A DNA stretch of 64,000 bases. Origin: an uncultured delta proteobacterium. GTDB taxonomy: Bacteria; Myxococcota_A; Polyangia; Polyangiales; Polyangiaceae. The stretch's first letter is position 1, and each line of letters opens with the position of its first letter. This document shows positions 49,237-59,560 of the stretch, piece by piece. The position numbers were made by a program, and so were the translations under genes. Below the pieces are notes generated by a model, which made no database searches, was not told the origin of the DNA, and worked only from the letters and a program-made list of their open reading frames with translations. The DNA is taken from NCBI GenBank assembly GCA_963782055.1, contig CAWAIF010000003.1:6176001-6240000 (forward strand), in the 5' to 3' direction.

Positions 49237-50976
49237 TCACCCCGCCGCGCGTGCGGCGGCGGAGGACCAGGGGTACTTCGCCACCAGGCGGCGCCCCCGC
49301 TCGCGCGTGGCGGCGTCGAGCTCCCCGCGCGAGGCGAGCCGTAAGGCGCGCGCGAGCTCCTCCACCTTCTCGAAGCGGTCCTCGCGCTCCTTCGCCATCG
49401 CGATGGCCATCACCAGATCCACGTCCTCCGGCAAGCGCGCCGTCGCGCCCGGTCGCACGGGCGCGGTGTGCACCACGTGATAGAGCAGCGCGGCCACGTC
49501 CTCCCCGACGAACGCCGGCTTGCCGGTCAGCGCCCGGTAGGCGACCGTCGCGAGCGCGTACAGATCGCTCCGGTGGTCCACGGCCTCCAGGCGCACCTGC
49601 TCGGGCGCCATGTACGCCGGCGTCCCGACGAGCGCCCCTTGCGTGAGGGTGGCGCCCCCACCCTCCATGCGCGACACGCCGAAGTCGAGCACCTTCCACG
49701 TCCGCGAGCGCCCCTCGTCGAGCATCAGGTTGTGCGGCTTCATGTCGCGGTGCACGATGCCTGCCTCGCGGATGGCCACCAGCGCCTGCGACGCATGCTC
49801 CACCAGCTCCACCACCCGGTGCAGCGACATGCGCGGGTCCTTGCGCAGGTGCCACGCGAGGTCCTTGCCCACCAGCCGATCCATCGCGACGAAGGGGAGG
49901 CCGCTGTCCGTCGTGCCGGCGTCCAGCACCGCCGCCACGTACGGCGAGCGCACCTTGCGGGCGAGCTCCGCCTCGCGCACGAAGCGCTGCACCATCGAGG
50001 CGTCGGAGAGCACGTTCGGGTGCAACAGCTTGACCGCGGCCAGCGCGTGCGTCTCGGCGTGCTCGGCGGCGTAGACCTCGCCCATCCCCCCGCGGCCGAG
50101 CACCTCGCCCAGCAGGTAGCCAGCCACCGCCTGCCCGGTGAAGCGCCCCTCGCCAGGCTGCAGCGCGCGCTCCAGCTCCCCGCGCGCCTCCTCCAGGAGC
50201 GCCTCGCGCTGGTTGAGCTGCCGGTGCGCGCGCTCCATCCGCGCGAGGGCGAGCTCGGTCGCGCGCCGGCTGGACCTCGCGAAGAAGTACGTCACCGCGA
50301 AGACGACCTGCGTCATCACGACGAAGAAGGCGCGCCAGGTGGCCGTCAGGTGGCCGATGGGCATGGGCCCGAGGTCGGGGAAGAGGCCCGTCACCACGCC
50401 CATGGAGAGGACGAAGTAGCAGAGCGCCCCGACGACGTAGGTCGTGCGCGCGGCCATGCGGCTCTCGCTCAGGCCGAAGAAGTAGACGCCGATGGGCAGG
50501 ACCATCACCGCGGCGGTGAAGAGGCCGAAGTAGAAGAGCGCGAGCTCCCCCGAGACGCCGAACACCACGCCGACGAGGGCGATGAGACGCGGGGTGTAGC
50601 GCTTCTCGTCGTGGAGGACGCGCAGGGCGTACAGGCCGACGAGACCCGCGATCGCGCAGCAGCCCATCGCGAAGACGCGCAGGGCGGGCGGACCGGAGAC
50701 GAAGGGCATGAATGCGGCGCCGGTGAGCACGAGGATGGTGGTGAGCCGGAAGAAGGCGCGCGCGCGCGTCGCCTCCTCCGAGTGCATGACCACCGAGGTG
50801 GCGAGGGTGGTGGTCGCGGAGCTGCCCGCCGACGTGCGGGAGGGTGTCACGCGCGACACGGAGCGGTAGGAGGAGTCGCCCTCGCGCGAGACAGTCGGCC
50901 GCGAGGTCCCGGAGTCGTCGCCGGCGCCTCGGGAGGCGGGCGTCTCGACCATGGTGCTTTCGTCGTCCCCGGACAT
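49237..50976 (-). CDS. Membrane-anchored Hanks-type Ser/Thr protein kinase
   Basis: N-terminal TM helices; GRGGMG, AVK, HRDMKPHN, DFG, APE. Confidence 0.93.
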   Translation of the reverse strand: MSGDDESTMVETPASRGAGDDSGTSRPTVSREGDSSYRSVSRVTPSRTSAGSSATTTLATSVVMHSEEATRARAFFRLTTILVLTGAAFMPFVSGPPALRVFAMGCCAIAGLVGLYALRVLHDEKRYTPRLIALVGVVFGVSGELALFYFGLFTAAVMVLPIGVYFFGLSESRMAARTTYVVGALCYFVLSMGVVTGLFPDLGPMPIGHLTATWRAFFVVMTQVVFAVTYFFARSSRRATELALARMERAHRQLNQREALLEEARGELERALQPGEGRFTGQAVAGYLLGEVLGRGGMGEVYAAEHAETHALAAVKLLHPNVLSDASMVQRFVREAELARKVRSPYVAAVLDAGTTDSGLPFVAMDRLVGKDLAWHLRKDPRMSLHRVVELVEHASQALVAIREAGIVHRDMKPHNLMLDEGRSRTWKVLDFGVSRMEGGGATLTQGALVGTPAYMAPEQVRLEAVDHRSDLYALATVAYRALTGKPAFVGEDVAALLYHVVHTAPVRPGATARLPEDVDLVMAIAMAKEREDRFEKVEELARALRLASRGELDAATRERGRRLVAKYPWSSAAARAAG

Positions 50977-51080
50977 CCCCAGGACAAACGTAGCAAATGC
51001 GCGCCGTCCAGGGGACCGCCGCATGGCGCCGGCTCCAAGTCCTCGAGGATCCCGCCCAACTAGCTGGGCGGGGAGGGCTC

Positions 51081-51935
51081 TCAGCGGGCGGGCGGAACGG
51101 CGGCGACGGAGAGCACGCCGAGGTCCTCCTGGGCGTGGCCGCTCGCCAGGAGCTCATCCATGCGCCTCGCGAGGGCCGGCAGCACCGCGAGGGGCACCTC
51201 GCCTGCTGCCTCGATCATGAGCCGCGCGTCCTTGCGGGCCATGCTCAGCTCGAAGCTGGCCCGGTAGTCGCCCCTGGCCATCGCCCCGCCGCGGTAGCCG
51301 ATGACGCCCGCCGGGTTGAACTTGCCGAAGAGGGCGTGCGCGTCGGTCGCAGGGATGCCGAGGCTCTTCGCGATGGCGTAGACATCCGCCAGGCCGCCGA
51401 CGATGGCGAGGATCATGGCGTTGCCGAAGAGCTTGTAGGCCGCGGCGAGGTCCCGCCGCTCCCCGACGTACTCCAGGGTGCCGGTCATCGGCTCCAGCGC
51501 CGGCTTCGCGCGCTCGAAGGTGGCTCGCGGCGCGGCGGCGAGCATGATGCCCTTGGCCTCGCGTGCGGCGGAGGGAGACATGAAGACCGGGGCGTGGACG
51601 AAGGCGATGCCCTCCGCCTCCAGCCTCGCGGCGCGCGCGGCGGTGCCCGCGGGCGAGGCCGTCGTATGATCGATGACGAGGGCGTCGCGGAGGGCGTCGC
51701 CACACTGCTCGAGCACCGCGTCCACCGCGGCGTCGTCGCTCAAGGCGAGGTGCACCCGCTCGGCGCCCGTGGCGGCCTCCCGCGGGGACTTCGCGACGCG
51801 GGCGCCCACCTTGGCGAGCGCCTCCGCCTTCGCCGCGGTCCTGTTCCACACCGTCACCTGCTCGCCGCGGCGCGCCGCCGCCTCCGCCAGCGCGCCGCCG
51901 ATGAGCCCCGTCCCTAGGAAGGTCGTCTTGGCCAT
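51081..51935 (-). CDS. NAD(P)-dependent beta-hydroxyacid dehydrogenase family protein
   Basis: FLGTGLIG, WNRT, YKLFGN, KDARL. Confidence 0.88.
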   Translation of the reverse strand: MAKTTFLGTGLIGGALAEAAARRGEQVTVWNRTAAKAEALAKVGARVAKSPREAATGAERVHLALSDDAAVDAVLEQCGDALRDALVIDHTTASPAGTAARAARLEAEGIAFVHAPVFMSPSAAREAKGIMLAAAPRATFERAKPALEPMTGTLEYVGERRDLAAAYKLFGNAMILAIVGGLADVYAIAKSLGIPATDAHALFGKFNPAGVIGYRGGAMARGDYRASFELSMARKDARLMIEAAGEVPLAVLPALARRMDELLASGHAQEDLGVLSVAAVPPAR

Positions 51936-52025
51936 GAGGAGGAGCATGCCAAAACGACCGGGGAACGCTACACCAAGACGGCCGCCGGCTGGTCCAAACC
52001 CCCGCGCTGATGTACGCCTCGTACG

Positions 52026-53264
52026 ATGCTCCATCGCCTCCGCATCCGCGGCTTCAAGTCACTCCACGACGTCGACGCCAAGCTCGCGCCCGTCGTCGTG
52101 CTCTTCGGTCCGAACGCGGTGGGAAAGAGCAACTTCCTGGAGGCCGTGCTGCTGCTGTCTCGGCTCGTGGGCGAACGCACCGTCGCAGAAGCCTTTGGAC
52201 CACCGCTCCGAGGGTACCCGATGGAGGCCTTCAGCTTGCCCGCTGGTGGTCTGCCGCAGCTACTCAGCCAGTCGTCCGCGTCGCTACGTCTCGATGCCAC
52301 GGTGACGGGCGCGGAGTCACCGCTTCGCTACGCCGTCGAGGTCGAGGCGACGCCGGGAACCGGCAGGCTCGCCGTGACCGACGAGTACCTCGCTCGCCTG
52401 AAGCGGGATGGCGAGCCGAAGGGTCCCCCGCGCATCGAGAAGGCCGGCGACCATCTCGTCGTGCGGCGGTACAACGAGGCGGGTCACCCCAGGCAGGAGC
52501 CGCTAGGGCTGAATCATACGCAGGCATCCAACCTCCAGTTCTCCGGCGAGACTCGGTACCCCGACTTCGACCGACTCCGGCAAGAGGTCGGCGCGTGGCG
52601 CTCGTACTACCTCGATCCGGCAACGGCGATGCGCTCCGCCCAGCCACCGCGAGACGTCTTGGACATCGGCAGCGCAGGCGAGCACATCGCTCCGTTCCTG
52701 TATCGAATCCAGGGGGACGAGGCGCAGCGCAAGCACTTCCTCGCCGTCCAGCGAGCTCTTCGGGCGGCCATTCCGTCGATCGAAGCGCTCGGCGTCGGGC
52801 TCGACAAGGAGCGAGGCACGCTCGAGATCCGGATCCGGCAGCACGGCACGGACTACTCTTCTCGCGTCATCTCCGAGGGGACGATGCGCATTCTCGCGCT
52901 GTGCGCCATCGCGGCCAATCCCTGGCCGAGCTCCTTGGTCGCCTTCGAGGAGCCCGAGAACGGCGTCCACCCACGACGCATCGAGGTGATCGCCGACATT
53001 CTCTCCTCGATCGGCCGGCGCACGCAGCTGTTGCTGACCACGCACTCACCGACGCTGGTCGCCGCGATGCTGCAGAGGCAACGCCAGGACCAGAACCACG
53101 TCCTCTTGCTCCGCTGTGTCCAGGAGGACGCCGGGACCCACTTGATACCCTTCGTGGATCCCGGCGCACTCTTCGAAGACGAGCCCATCCAGCAAGCCTT
53201 GCGGGGCAGCGAAGACGAACTGATCATGACGGACATGCTCATCCGCGGTTGGCTCGATGGCTAG
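52026..53264 (+). CDS. ABC-type (AAA_21/OLD-like) ATPase
   Basis: GFKS, GPNAVGKS, SEGT signature, FEEPENGVHP, TTHSP. Confidence 0.88.
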   Translation: MLHRLRIRGFKSLHDVDAKLAPVVVLFGPNAVGKSNFLEAVLLLSRLVGERTVAEAFGPPLRGYPMEAFSLPAGGLPQLLSQSSASLRLDATVTGAESPLRYAVEVEATPGTGRLAVTDEYLARLKRDGEPKGPPRIEKAGDHLVVRRYNEAGHPRQEPLGLNHTQASNLQFSGETRYPDFDRLRQEVGAWRSYYLDPATAMRSAQPPRDVLDIGSAGEHIAPFLYRIQGDEAQRKHFLAVQRALRAAIPSIEALGVGLDKERGTLEIRIRQHGTDYSSRVISEGTMRILALCAIAANPWPSSLVAFEEPENGVHPRRIEVIADILSSIGRRTQLLLTTHSPTLVAAMLQRQRQDQNHVLLLRCVQEDAGTHLIPFVDPGALFEDEPIQQALRGSEDELIMTDMLIRGWLDG

Positions 53265-53850
53265 GTCCGTCGACCTCTTCTGCGAGGACCGCGGGCATGA
53301 GCAGTTCGTGCGGCCGCTGGTGACCAGGCTCGCAAGCAAGGTCGGGGTGAACGTGCAAGTCCGTGTTCGCTCGGCCAGAGGTGGCCATGGCCGTGCGGAG
53401 TCGGAGCTCAAGGCGTGGCAGCGGGCAGCAACGCGGCTTGGCGACGTCCCGGACCTTCTGATCGTCGTGATCGACGGCAACTGCACGGGGTGGCATGCTG
53501 CAAGGGCCGCGCTCCTGGAAGTGATCGACACGTCCATCTTCCCGCACGTCGTGATCGGATGTCCTGACCCGCACGTGGAACGCTGGTGCCTTGCCGATCC
53601 GCTCGCCTTCCAAGCCGTCGTGGGAGTACCGCCACCTCCCGACCCGGGGAAGTGCGAGCGGGACTTGTACAAGAAGCTTCTCCGCACGGCTCTCGAGCAG
53701 GCGCACCAACCCATCCTGACTGACGTGATGGAGTATGCTCCGGAGCTCGTGGAGCGAGCGGACCTCTATACGCTTCAGACGGCCGAGCCGTCGCTCGCCA
53801 AGTTCGTCACAGCACTCGACGCGGCTCTGAAGCGACTGGCGCCCGCGTGA
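53257..53850 (+). CDS. TOPRIM-like partner protein (DUF4276-like)
   Basis: FCED, VIDGN, VERW.LAD, PSL.KF; overlaps the ATPase stop. Confidence 0.6.
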   Translation: MARSVDLFCEDRGHEQFVRPLVTRLASKVGVNVQVRVRSARGGHGRAESELKAWQRAATRLGDVPDLLIVVIDGNCTGWHAARAALLEVIDTSIFPHVVIGCPDPHVERWCLADPLAFQAVVGVPPPPDPGKCERDLYKKLLRTALEQAHQPILTDVMEYAPELVERADLYTLQTAEPSLAKFVTALDAALKRLAPA

Positions 53851-55304
53851 AGTCTGCTCTCGGCATCCGTCCGGGATCGCTGCGCGATTGGCTGCTGCCA
53901 CTCGCGTTCGGACCTCTGGCGCTCGCCGCGTGCTCGCCCTCGCCATCAACGCCGCCCGCGGACGACGCCGGCGCCGGAGACGACGCGCCGAGCTGGCTGG
54001 GGGACGCGGGCCTGGTGGTGCGACCGCCGGTGCAGACGCCGCTGCGAAAGGAGTGCGGGATCGCCTCCAACCCGGGGGACATGCCGCTCGGGGCGGATGC
54101 GGCGTCGGCGTTCCTCCGCAAGGGCTACTTCGACGCCGCGCTCGACCTGGGCGGCGTGATGGTCCGTCGCGACTTCCGGTGGGCGCAGATCGAGCCGCAG
54201 AAGGGGACGTTCGACTTCACCCTCTACGACGCGCTGGTGTCGGAGGCGCAGGCGCGCGGGGTGCCGCTGCTCGGCGCGCTGCTCTACGGCGCGCCGTGGG
54301 CGAACGCGGGCTCGGGCGGCGACGAGTTCTACCCGCCGACGGACCCGGGGGACTTCGCCGACTACGCGCGCGCCACCGCGGAGCACTTCAAGGGGAAGGT
54401 GGCGGCGTGGGAGGTGTGGAACGAGCCGAACGGCGGGTTCCGCTTCTGGAAGGGCACCCTCAGCGGCGATCCCGCCGCGTACGGGGCGCTGCTCATCGAC
54501 GCGCACGACGCGGTGCGCCAGGCAGACCCGAACGTGCCCGTGCTGCTTGGGGGGACGGTGTTCACGCCGCAGCTCATCGACGGCGCGATGACGTTCCTCG
54601 GCAAGGCGTACGACGCGCACCCGGACCTCGCCTCGCACTTCGAGATCGCGGGGATCCACACGTACGCTTCGTACCCTCCGGAGCGCGCGCCGGAGGTGGG
54701 CGAGCTGGACGATCCGCCGCTGGAGGCGAAGATCCAGATGCACGCGTGGCTGCTGGCGCAGCACGGCGGCGGGGACAAGCCCATCTGGATCACCGAGATC
54801 GGCTGGCCGGTGGTGGAGGGCGCGGTGGACGAGGCGGCGCAGGCGCGCTTCACCGTTCGCGCGACGATCCTCGCCGCGCACGCGGGGGCGAGCGGCATCT
54901 TCTGGTACACGCTGCGCGACGGCCCGGACCCGGCGGCGTTCCCTCCGGAGGACGCCTTCGGGCTGCTGCACGACGACGCGGACCCGGCGAACGCGAAGGA
55001 GGCGACGCCCAAGCCGGTGTACCTCGCGCTCAAGGCGATGCTGGCGCGTGTGGGCGACATGTGGCCGACGACCCAGGACGCGACGATCGACGGTCTGCCC
55101 GCCGACGCCCGGGCGATCGTGTTTCGCGGCGCCTCCGGCCCGGCCGTGACCGCCGTGTGGACCGTCACGACGGCGGCCGCGACGGCCACGTGGCGCGGGG
55201 GCCCGGCGGATGTGGTGGGCGAGATGGGCGACACGGTCGGGAGCGTGGACGCCGGCGGGAGCGTCGCCATCGGGCCCGACGTGGTCTACGTGGCGGCCCG
55301 CTGA
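53847..55304 (+). CDS. Clan-A glycoside hydrolase lipoprotein (GH5/GH39-like)
   Basis: LAAC lipobox, W..IEP.KG, WEVWNEPN, IWITEIGW. Confidence 0.82.
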   Translation: MKSALGIRPGSLRDWLLPLAFGPLALAACSPSPSTPPADDAGAGDDAPSWLGDAGLVVRPPVQTPLRKECGIASNPGDMPLGADAASAFLRKGYFDAALDLGGVMVRRDFRWAQIEPQKGTFDFTLYDALVSEAQARGVPLLGALLYGAPWANAGSGGDEFYPPTDPGDFADYARATAEHFKGKVAAWEVWNEPNGGFRFWKGTLSGDPAAYGALLIDAHDAVRQADPNVPVLLGGTVFTPQLIDGAMTFLGKAYDAHPDLASHFEIAGIHTYASYPPERAPEVGELDDPPLEAKIQMHAWLLAQHGGGDKPIWITEIGWPVVEGAVDEAAQARFTVRATILAAHAGASGIFWYTLRDGPDPAAFPPEDAFGLLHDDADPANAKEATPKPVYLALKAMLARVGDMWPTTQDATIDGLPADARAIVFRGASGPAVTAVWTVTTAAATATWRGGPADVVGEMGDTVGSVDAGGSVAIGPDVVYVAAR

Positions 55305-55361
55305 TCCGCGTCCCCCTCGTGCTCGGGTGAGGGGTAGAGTGGCGCACTCGAAGGAGGCCCC

Positions 55362-55742
55362 ATGACCCAGCAGCCCCAGCAGGGGACGCCGTACCGCGTC
55401 GGCGTCGAGCAGACCGTCCGCATCATCGTCACCACCGGCAACGAGGTCGCCGGGTATCGCGTCGCGAGCTACCTCGGCATCGTGCGCGGGATCATCGTGC
55501 GCTCCCCCAGCTTCGCGCAGGGCTTCGTCGGCGCGTTCAAGCAGCTCGGCGGCGGCAACATCAAGGAGTACGTCGAGGTGTGCGAGATCGCCCGCCACGA
55601 GGCGTACGTGAAGATGCTGGAGCACGCCGAGGCGATGGGCGCGCACGCGATCATCGGCATGCGCTACGACGCGACGGAGTTCATGACGAGCACCACCGAG
55701 GTGCTCGCCTACGGCACCGCCGTTCGCCTTGAGCAGGCGTGA
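55362..55742 (+). CDS. YbjQ/UPF0145 family protein
   Basis: YLGIVRG, GAHAIIGMRYD, EVLAYGTAV. Confidence 0.92.
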   Translation: MTQQPQQGTPYRVGVEQTVRIIVTTGNEVAGYRVASYLGIVRGIIVRSPSFAQGFVGAFKQLGGGNIKEYVEVCEIARHEAYVKMLEHAEAMGAHAIIGMRYDATEFMTSTTEVLAYGTAVRLEQA

Positions 55743-55991
55743 TCGCGCGCCGCGGCGGCCCTTCCGCTCTCCGCCGCCATCGCTCCCCCCGCGCTCGCCG
55801 CCCCGCCCTCCGTCCCGACCGTCCCTCCCCCCCGTCACCTCTCTTCCCCAACCGCCCACCCCTGTCCCCCCTGTCCCCCCTCCCTGTCCCCGGACACCAA
55901 ACGTCGGACTGCAAGCGCGCTCGCACTCCGACGTTTCGCGGGGAATCTGGGGAGAGGGGGGGGTGGCATGGGGCGTGCTCTGGGGGTGGGG

Positions 55992-56588
55992 ATGGACCCT
56001 CTGTTCTTCACAATCAAGCGCGCCTATTACGCCACGCTGCGGCTCACGCGGCGGGCGCTCGCGGCGATGGGGCTCACGGCGGCGCGGTTCGACCTGCTCG
56101 ACGCGCTCTATCGACTCGGGACGGGCGCGGTGAACCTCCAGAGCAACCTTCGGCGAGGGCTCGGCGTGGCGCGCTCCACCATCAGCCGCATGATGATCTC
56201 CCTCGAGCGGCTGGGGCTGATCACGCGTCGGCGCGATGGGCGCGACTGCATCGTCAAGCTCACGCCGGAGGGGCGACGGCGCGTCCGGCGCGCGTTCTTC
56301 GGGCTGGTGCTCGTGGGACACGTCGGACTGGCGCTCGACGGCGCCCTCGCACCGGGCGAGCGCCGGTGGCCTGCCGCGCGTGCATGCGCGAGCGCCCGCA
56401 GACACCTGGGGGCGCTCTGCATGCGCATCCGGCTCGGGTTCGGCGACGAGGCCACGCTGGACAGGCTCACCGAAGGTGGCTTCTGGTTCTTGCGAGACGA
56501 GGAGCGCACGCGCCGCGCGCGGGCCCGCCGAGAAGGCCACCGGCGCGCCATCGACGGCGTGTTCGCGGTCGACGCGTCCTCGTCCTGA
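55992..56588 (+). CDS. MarR-family winged-helix protein (copy 2)
   Basis: N-terminal ~75 aa almost identical to 38801-39409. Confidence 0.85.
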   Translation: MDPLFFTIKRAYYATLRLTRRALAAMGLTAARFDLLDALYRLGTGAVNLQSNLRRGLGVARSTISRMMISLERLGLITRRRDGRDCIVKLTPEGRRRVRRAFFGLVLVGHVGLALDGALAPGERRWPAARACASARRHLGALCMRIRLGFGDEATLDRLTEGGFWFLRDEERTRRARARREGHRRAIDGVFAVDASSS

Positions 56589-56596
56589 CCGTTGTC

Positions 56597-56655
56597 GTCC
56601 GCGGCGTCCGCGGCGTCCGCGGCGTCCGCGTCGTCCGCGGCGTCCGCGGCGTCCG
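56597..56655. repeat. 9-bp tandem repeat (GTCCGCGGC), ~6 copies, between convergent genes
   Basis: Directly visible. Confidence 0.85.
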
Positions 56656-56697
56656 GCGCAAGCGCCACCCGTGACGCCGGCAGGATCCGCCGGCGCC

Positions 56698-57876
56698 TCA
56701 GGGGCAGTCGACGGGCAGCACGTCGTAGACGTAGGTGGAGCCCCCCGCCGTGACGCTCACGCGGTAGACGTCCCCCACCTGCGGGGTCCACCCGCTCGGC
56801 GAGAAGGAGATGGCGTCGTCGCCGAAGCCCTGGTTGAGCTTCTGCGTGGACACCGCGACGTCCTTGTTCGCGCCCATGTCCTTGACGGCGATGACGGCGC
56901 CGGAGATCACGCTCTTCTGCTTGATGTGGAAGCTCCACGGCGTCGTCTGCGCGACCGCCTTGGGCACGTAGCCGGAGGGCGGCCACGAGTACCACGCGGG
57001 GTACGGCCCGGTGCCGCTGGTGTCGAAGACGCCGAGGCACTGCGCCTTGCCCTGGTAGCCGTTGTTGCCGCCCTCGTAGTAGCCGACGCCCACCTTGCCC
57101 AGGTTGGGGTGGAGCACCCACCGGCGGTGGCCGAGCGTCGTCGCGTTGCCCGGGTCGCTGACGTACAGGTCGATCGAGTCCGCGCAGGAGGTCCCCCACG
57201 CGAGGTTGCTCTGCCCCGACCACGTCGCGCCGAGCGCGTTGTAGCAGGTGGCCGTGTTGGGCGGGCTGTGCGGGTTGCTCAGGCTCTTCGGGTTGTTCCA
57301 CGCCTGGATGACGGCGCACGCCTGGTCGCCCTGATCCTTGGTCGCGTCGTCGGTGACGGGGTCGAGCCCCTCCATCCACCGGTACATGTTCGTACGCACC
57401 AGCGTGTCGGTGATGCCGCCCGCGGCGAGCGTCCCCACGTCGCACTGGTTCTGCCCCGCCGTGAACGGCTTGGGCGTGGTGACGACGTGCCCGTCCTTCC
57501 AGTGCTGGCAGACGTCCGCCTGCGTGTGCGACGAGGGCGTGCCCGCCGCGGCCGGCGTGCACCCGCCGTTGCCGTCGGGCACGTAGCCCGGGCTGCAGAC
57601 GCAGGATGCGTCGTTCAGGCACGTCTCGCCCGCGCCGCACACCGAGCTGCCGCAGGGCGCGGGGCCGGAGTCTTGCGGCAGCGCGCCGTCCAGCAGGATG
57701 TTGGACTCGTCGCCGCCGCCATCGCCGATACCGCCACCGTCGGTGGCCGCGCTGTCGTCACCGCTGCAGGCGAGCAGGAGCGCGCTGCCCCCGACGCACA
57801 ACGCCACCGCCCATCGCCCCAGCCCCACGCCCCCTTCGGGCCGTCGGCCGGCCAACCGCCGGAGCTCCGTCGCCAT
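56698..57876 (-). CDS. CAP (SCP)-domain lipoprotein with an EGF-like Cys segment
   Basis: LLLAC lipobox, N.YR...GL, SNLA, GHRRWVL, VGVG. Confidence 0.82.
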   Translation of the reverse strand: MATELRRLAGRRPEGGVGLGRWAVALCVGGSALLLACSGDDSAATDGGGIGDGGGDESNILLDGALPQDSGPAPCGSSVCGAGETCLNDASCVCSPGYVPDGNGGCTPAAAGTPSSHTQADVCQHWKDGHVVTTPKPFTAGQNQCDVGTLAAGGITDTLVRTNMYRWMEGLDPVTDDATKDQGDQACAVIQAWNNPKSLSNPHSPPNTATCYNALGATWSGQSNLAWGTSCADSIDLYVSDPGNATTLGHRRWVLHPNLGKVGVGYYEGGNNGYQGKAQCLGVFDTSGTGPYPAWYSWPPSGYVPKAVAQTTPWSFHIKQKSVISGAVIAVKDMGANKDVAVSTQKLNQGFGDDAISFSPSGWTPQVGDVYRVSVTAGGSTYVYDVLPVDCP

Positions 57877-57942
57877 GGTGACCTCCCGCGCGCCCGGCGA
57901 GGGGCGCGAAGGTAGAGGTTAGCACGAGGCGCTACGCAGGCG

Positions 57943-58182
57943 TCAGAACGGGTCTTTCTTCGTCGCGGCCTCGATCCGGTCGACGAAGGCTTGCTTCAGC
58001 TCGCTCAGCGTGAGCTTCGGCGGGATCTTGTTCACGTCCACCGAGGCGATCGGCTTGAGGACGCGGCCGACGATCGTCACCTCGCTGATGGTGATGACCC
58101 GGCCCTTCGTCTTGCCCTGGGCGAAGGCGTCCTGCGTGATGAAGAGCCCCAGCCCCGCGAGCGCCGCCACCACGAGCTTCAT
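57943..58182 (-). CDS. Small secreted protein typical of myxobacteria
   Basis: Signal peptide ending AFA; I.GRV.KP...F...I....KDPF. Confidence 0.65.
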   Translation of the reverse strand: MKLVVAALAGLGLFITQDAFAQGKTKGRVITISEVTIVGRVLKPIASVDVNKIPPKLTLSELKQAFVDRIEAATKKDPF

Positions 58183-58259
58183 GCGTCCGTGCCTCATCCC
58201 TCGAGGCTACCACGAGACGCGGGGGCGCGCTGCGCCAGGGTGTCTGCCCAGTGTCGGCC

Positions 58260-58288
58260 TTGACACCGGCCCCGCGGGCCGCTACTTC
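58260..58288 (+). promoter_or_regulatory. Sigma70-type promoter of tRNA-Val
   Basis: TTGACA-17 bp-TACTTC, 24 bp upstream of the tRNA. Confidence 0.6.
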
Positions 58289-58312
58289 CACGGGCTCGCC
58301 TTTCCAGGGCGC

Positions 58313-58384
<72 letters not shown>

Positions 58385-58508
58385 CAACTTTTCCGCGGGT
58401 TTCCGCGGATCGTTGAACAAGCCGGATCGGCTTCACACGACCTTTCACACGACCACGCAGCGCGTCAGGCGAACGAGGCGGTTCACGTCGAGATCGTGAG
58501 GAACCCGC

Positions 58509-59540
58509 ATGCCCGTTCTCGACATCCCGCATCGCGTGGTGAAGTTCGCCACAGCGCTCCCGACGTTTCCTGCGCGCGCCGCTGTTCATGCGCAACTGGC
58601 GCCGAAGGAACTCTTCGGCGACGAGTCGCTCTCTGGACGGCTCGTGGTCAACGCTGGCGGTCAGCAGGTCCAGCTTCGCGCCGACATGTGGCACGGCGGA
58701 ATCTTGCGTGACGGCGGCGGTCGTCTTCCCAACGCTCATGTGAGCGCGATGTTCTTCAATCTCGCCCTACGCGTCGAAGGAAGCATCGCGATCGTCGAAG
58801 GCGAGTTGGACTCCGAGGGAAGCTTGCGGCGTTGCATCGAGATGGTTGCGACGGAGCTGCCCGCACTCTTGTCGAACGCTCTTCATGCCCCCGTGCTTGT
58901 GGCCGATGTTTTCGGTACGGTCGGCGAGCGTTCGTTTGAGGTCGAGGTTCGGGGCGAGTTCCAGAACGTGATGTACTCGGCGGGGTCATCGACGATGGCC
59001 ACGTCAATCGAGGAAGAGATGGTTCGCATCTCGAAGGTCCCAGCGGAGGGTGCAGCGAGATTGTTCGCGGCGTACCGCTACGTGAACCACGCTCGGTGGC
59101 TTGCGTATCGGGGGGCGCATCCGGCTCAGTTCGCAGGCGAACAACTTCTGAATCTGAACAAGGCTGTCGAAGTCCTCCTGCCTCACGGCGGATCGATCGA
59201 AAAGCTACGCACCAGCTTGCGGAGCCTCGGGGTGCGCGAAGAGGTCGTCGAACTGATCGCCGCTCTCGCATATGTCCGCAACCAAGTAGATGTCGGTCAC
59301 GCGGCCGTCGAGGTGCTGGATGTCAAAGAGCACTGCAACCTGCACACGTTCGTCCTCTACGCGATGGAGATCGTGGGGTGGCTCGTTGGGCACGTCTCGC
59401 AACTCGCTGGCGAGGGCCGACTCAAGCTGTCGCCACTCGCTGCCAACGCCAAGAAGCCGCGCGACGAAACGCTGTCGCGAGTTGGGGAACTCCTGGGCAA
59501 AGTGAACCCAGTCCGCCCGGAGACGTTTCTTCGCAAGTAA
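58509..59540 (+). CDS. Hypothetical protein with a C-terminal HEPN-like motif
   Basis: L.L.KAVEVL helix followed by RNQVDVGH (Rx6H). Confidence 0.55.
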   Translation: MPVLDIPHRVVKFATALPTFPARAAVHAQLAPKELFGDESLSGRLVVNAGGQQVQLRADMWHGGILRDGGGRLPNAHVSAMFFNLALRVEGSIAIVEGELDSEGSLRRCIEMVATELPALLSNALHAPVLVADVFGTVGERSFEVEVRGEFQNVMYSAGSSTMATSIEEEMVRISKVPAEGAARLFAAYRYVNHARWLAYRGAHPAQFAGEQLLNLNKAVEVLLPHGGSIEKLRTSLRSLGVREEVVELIAALAYVRNQVDVGHAAVEVLDVKEHCNLHTFVLYAMEIVGWLVGHVSQLAGEGRLKLSPLAANAKKPRDETLSRVGELLGKVNPVRPETFLRK

Positions 59541-59560
59541 TTGTTGCATCGGAGTCGCAC

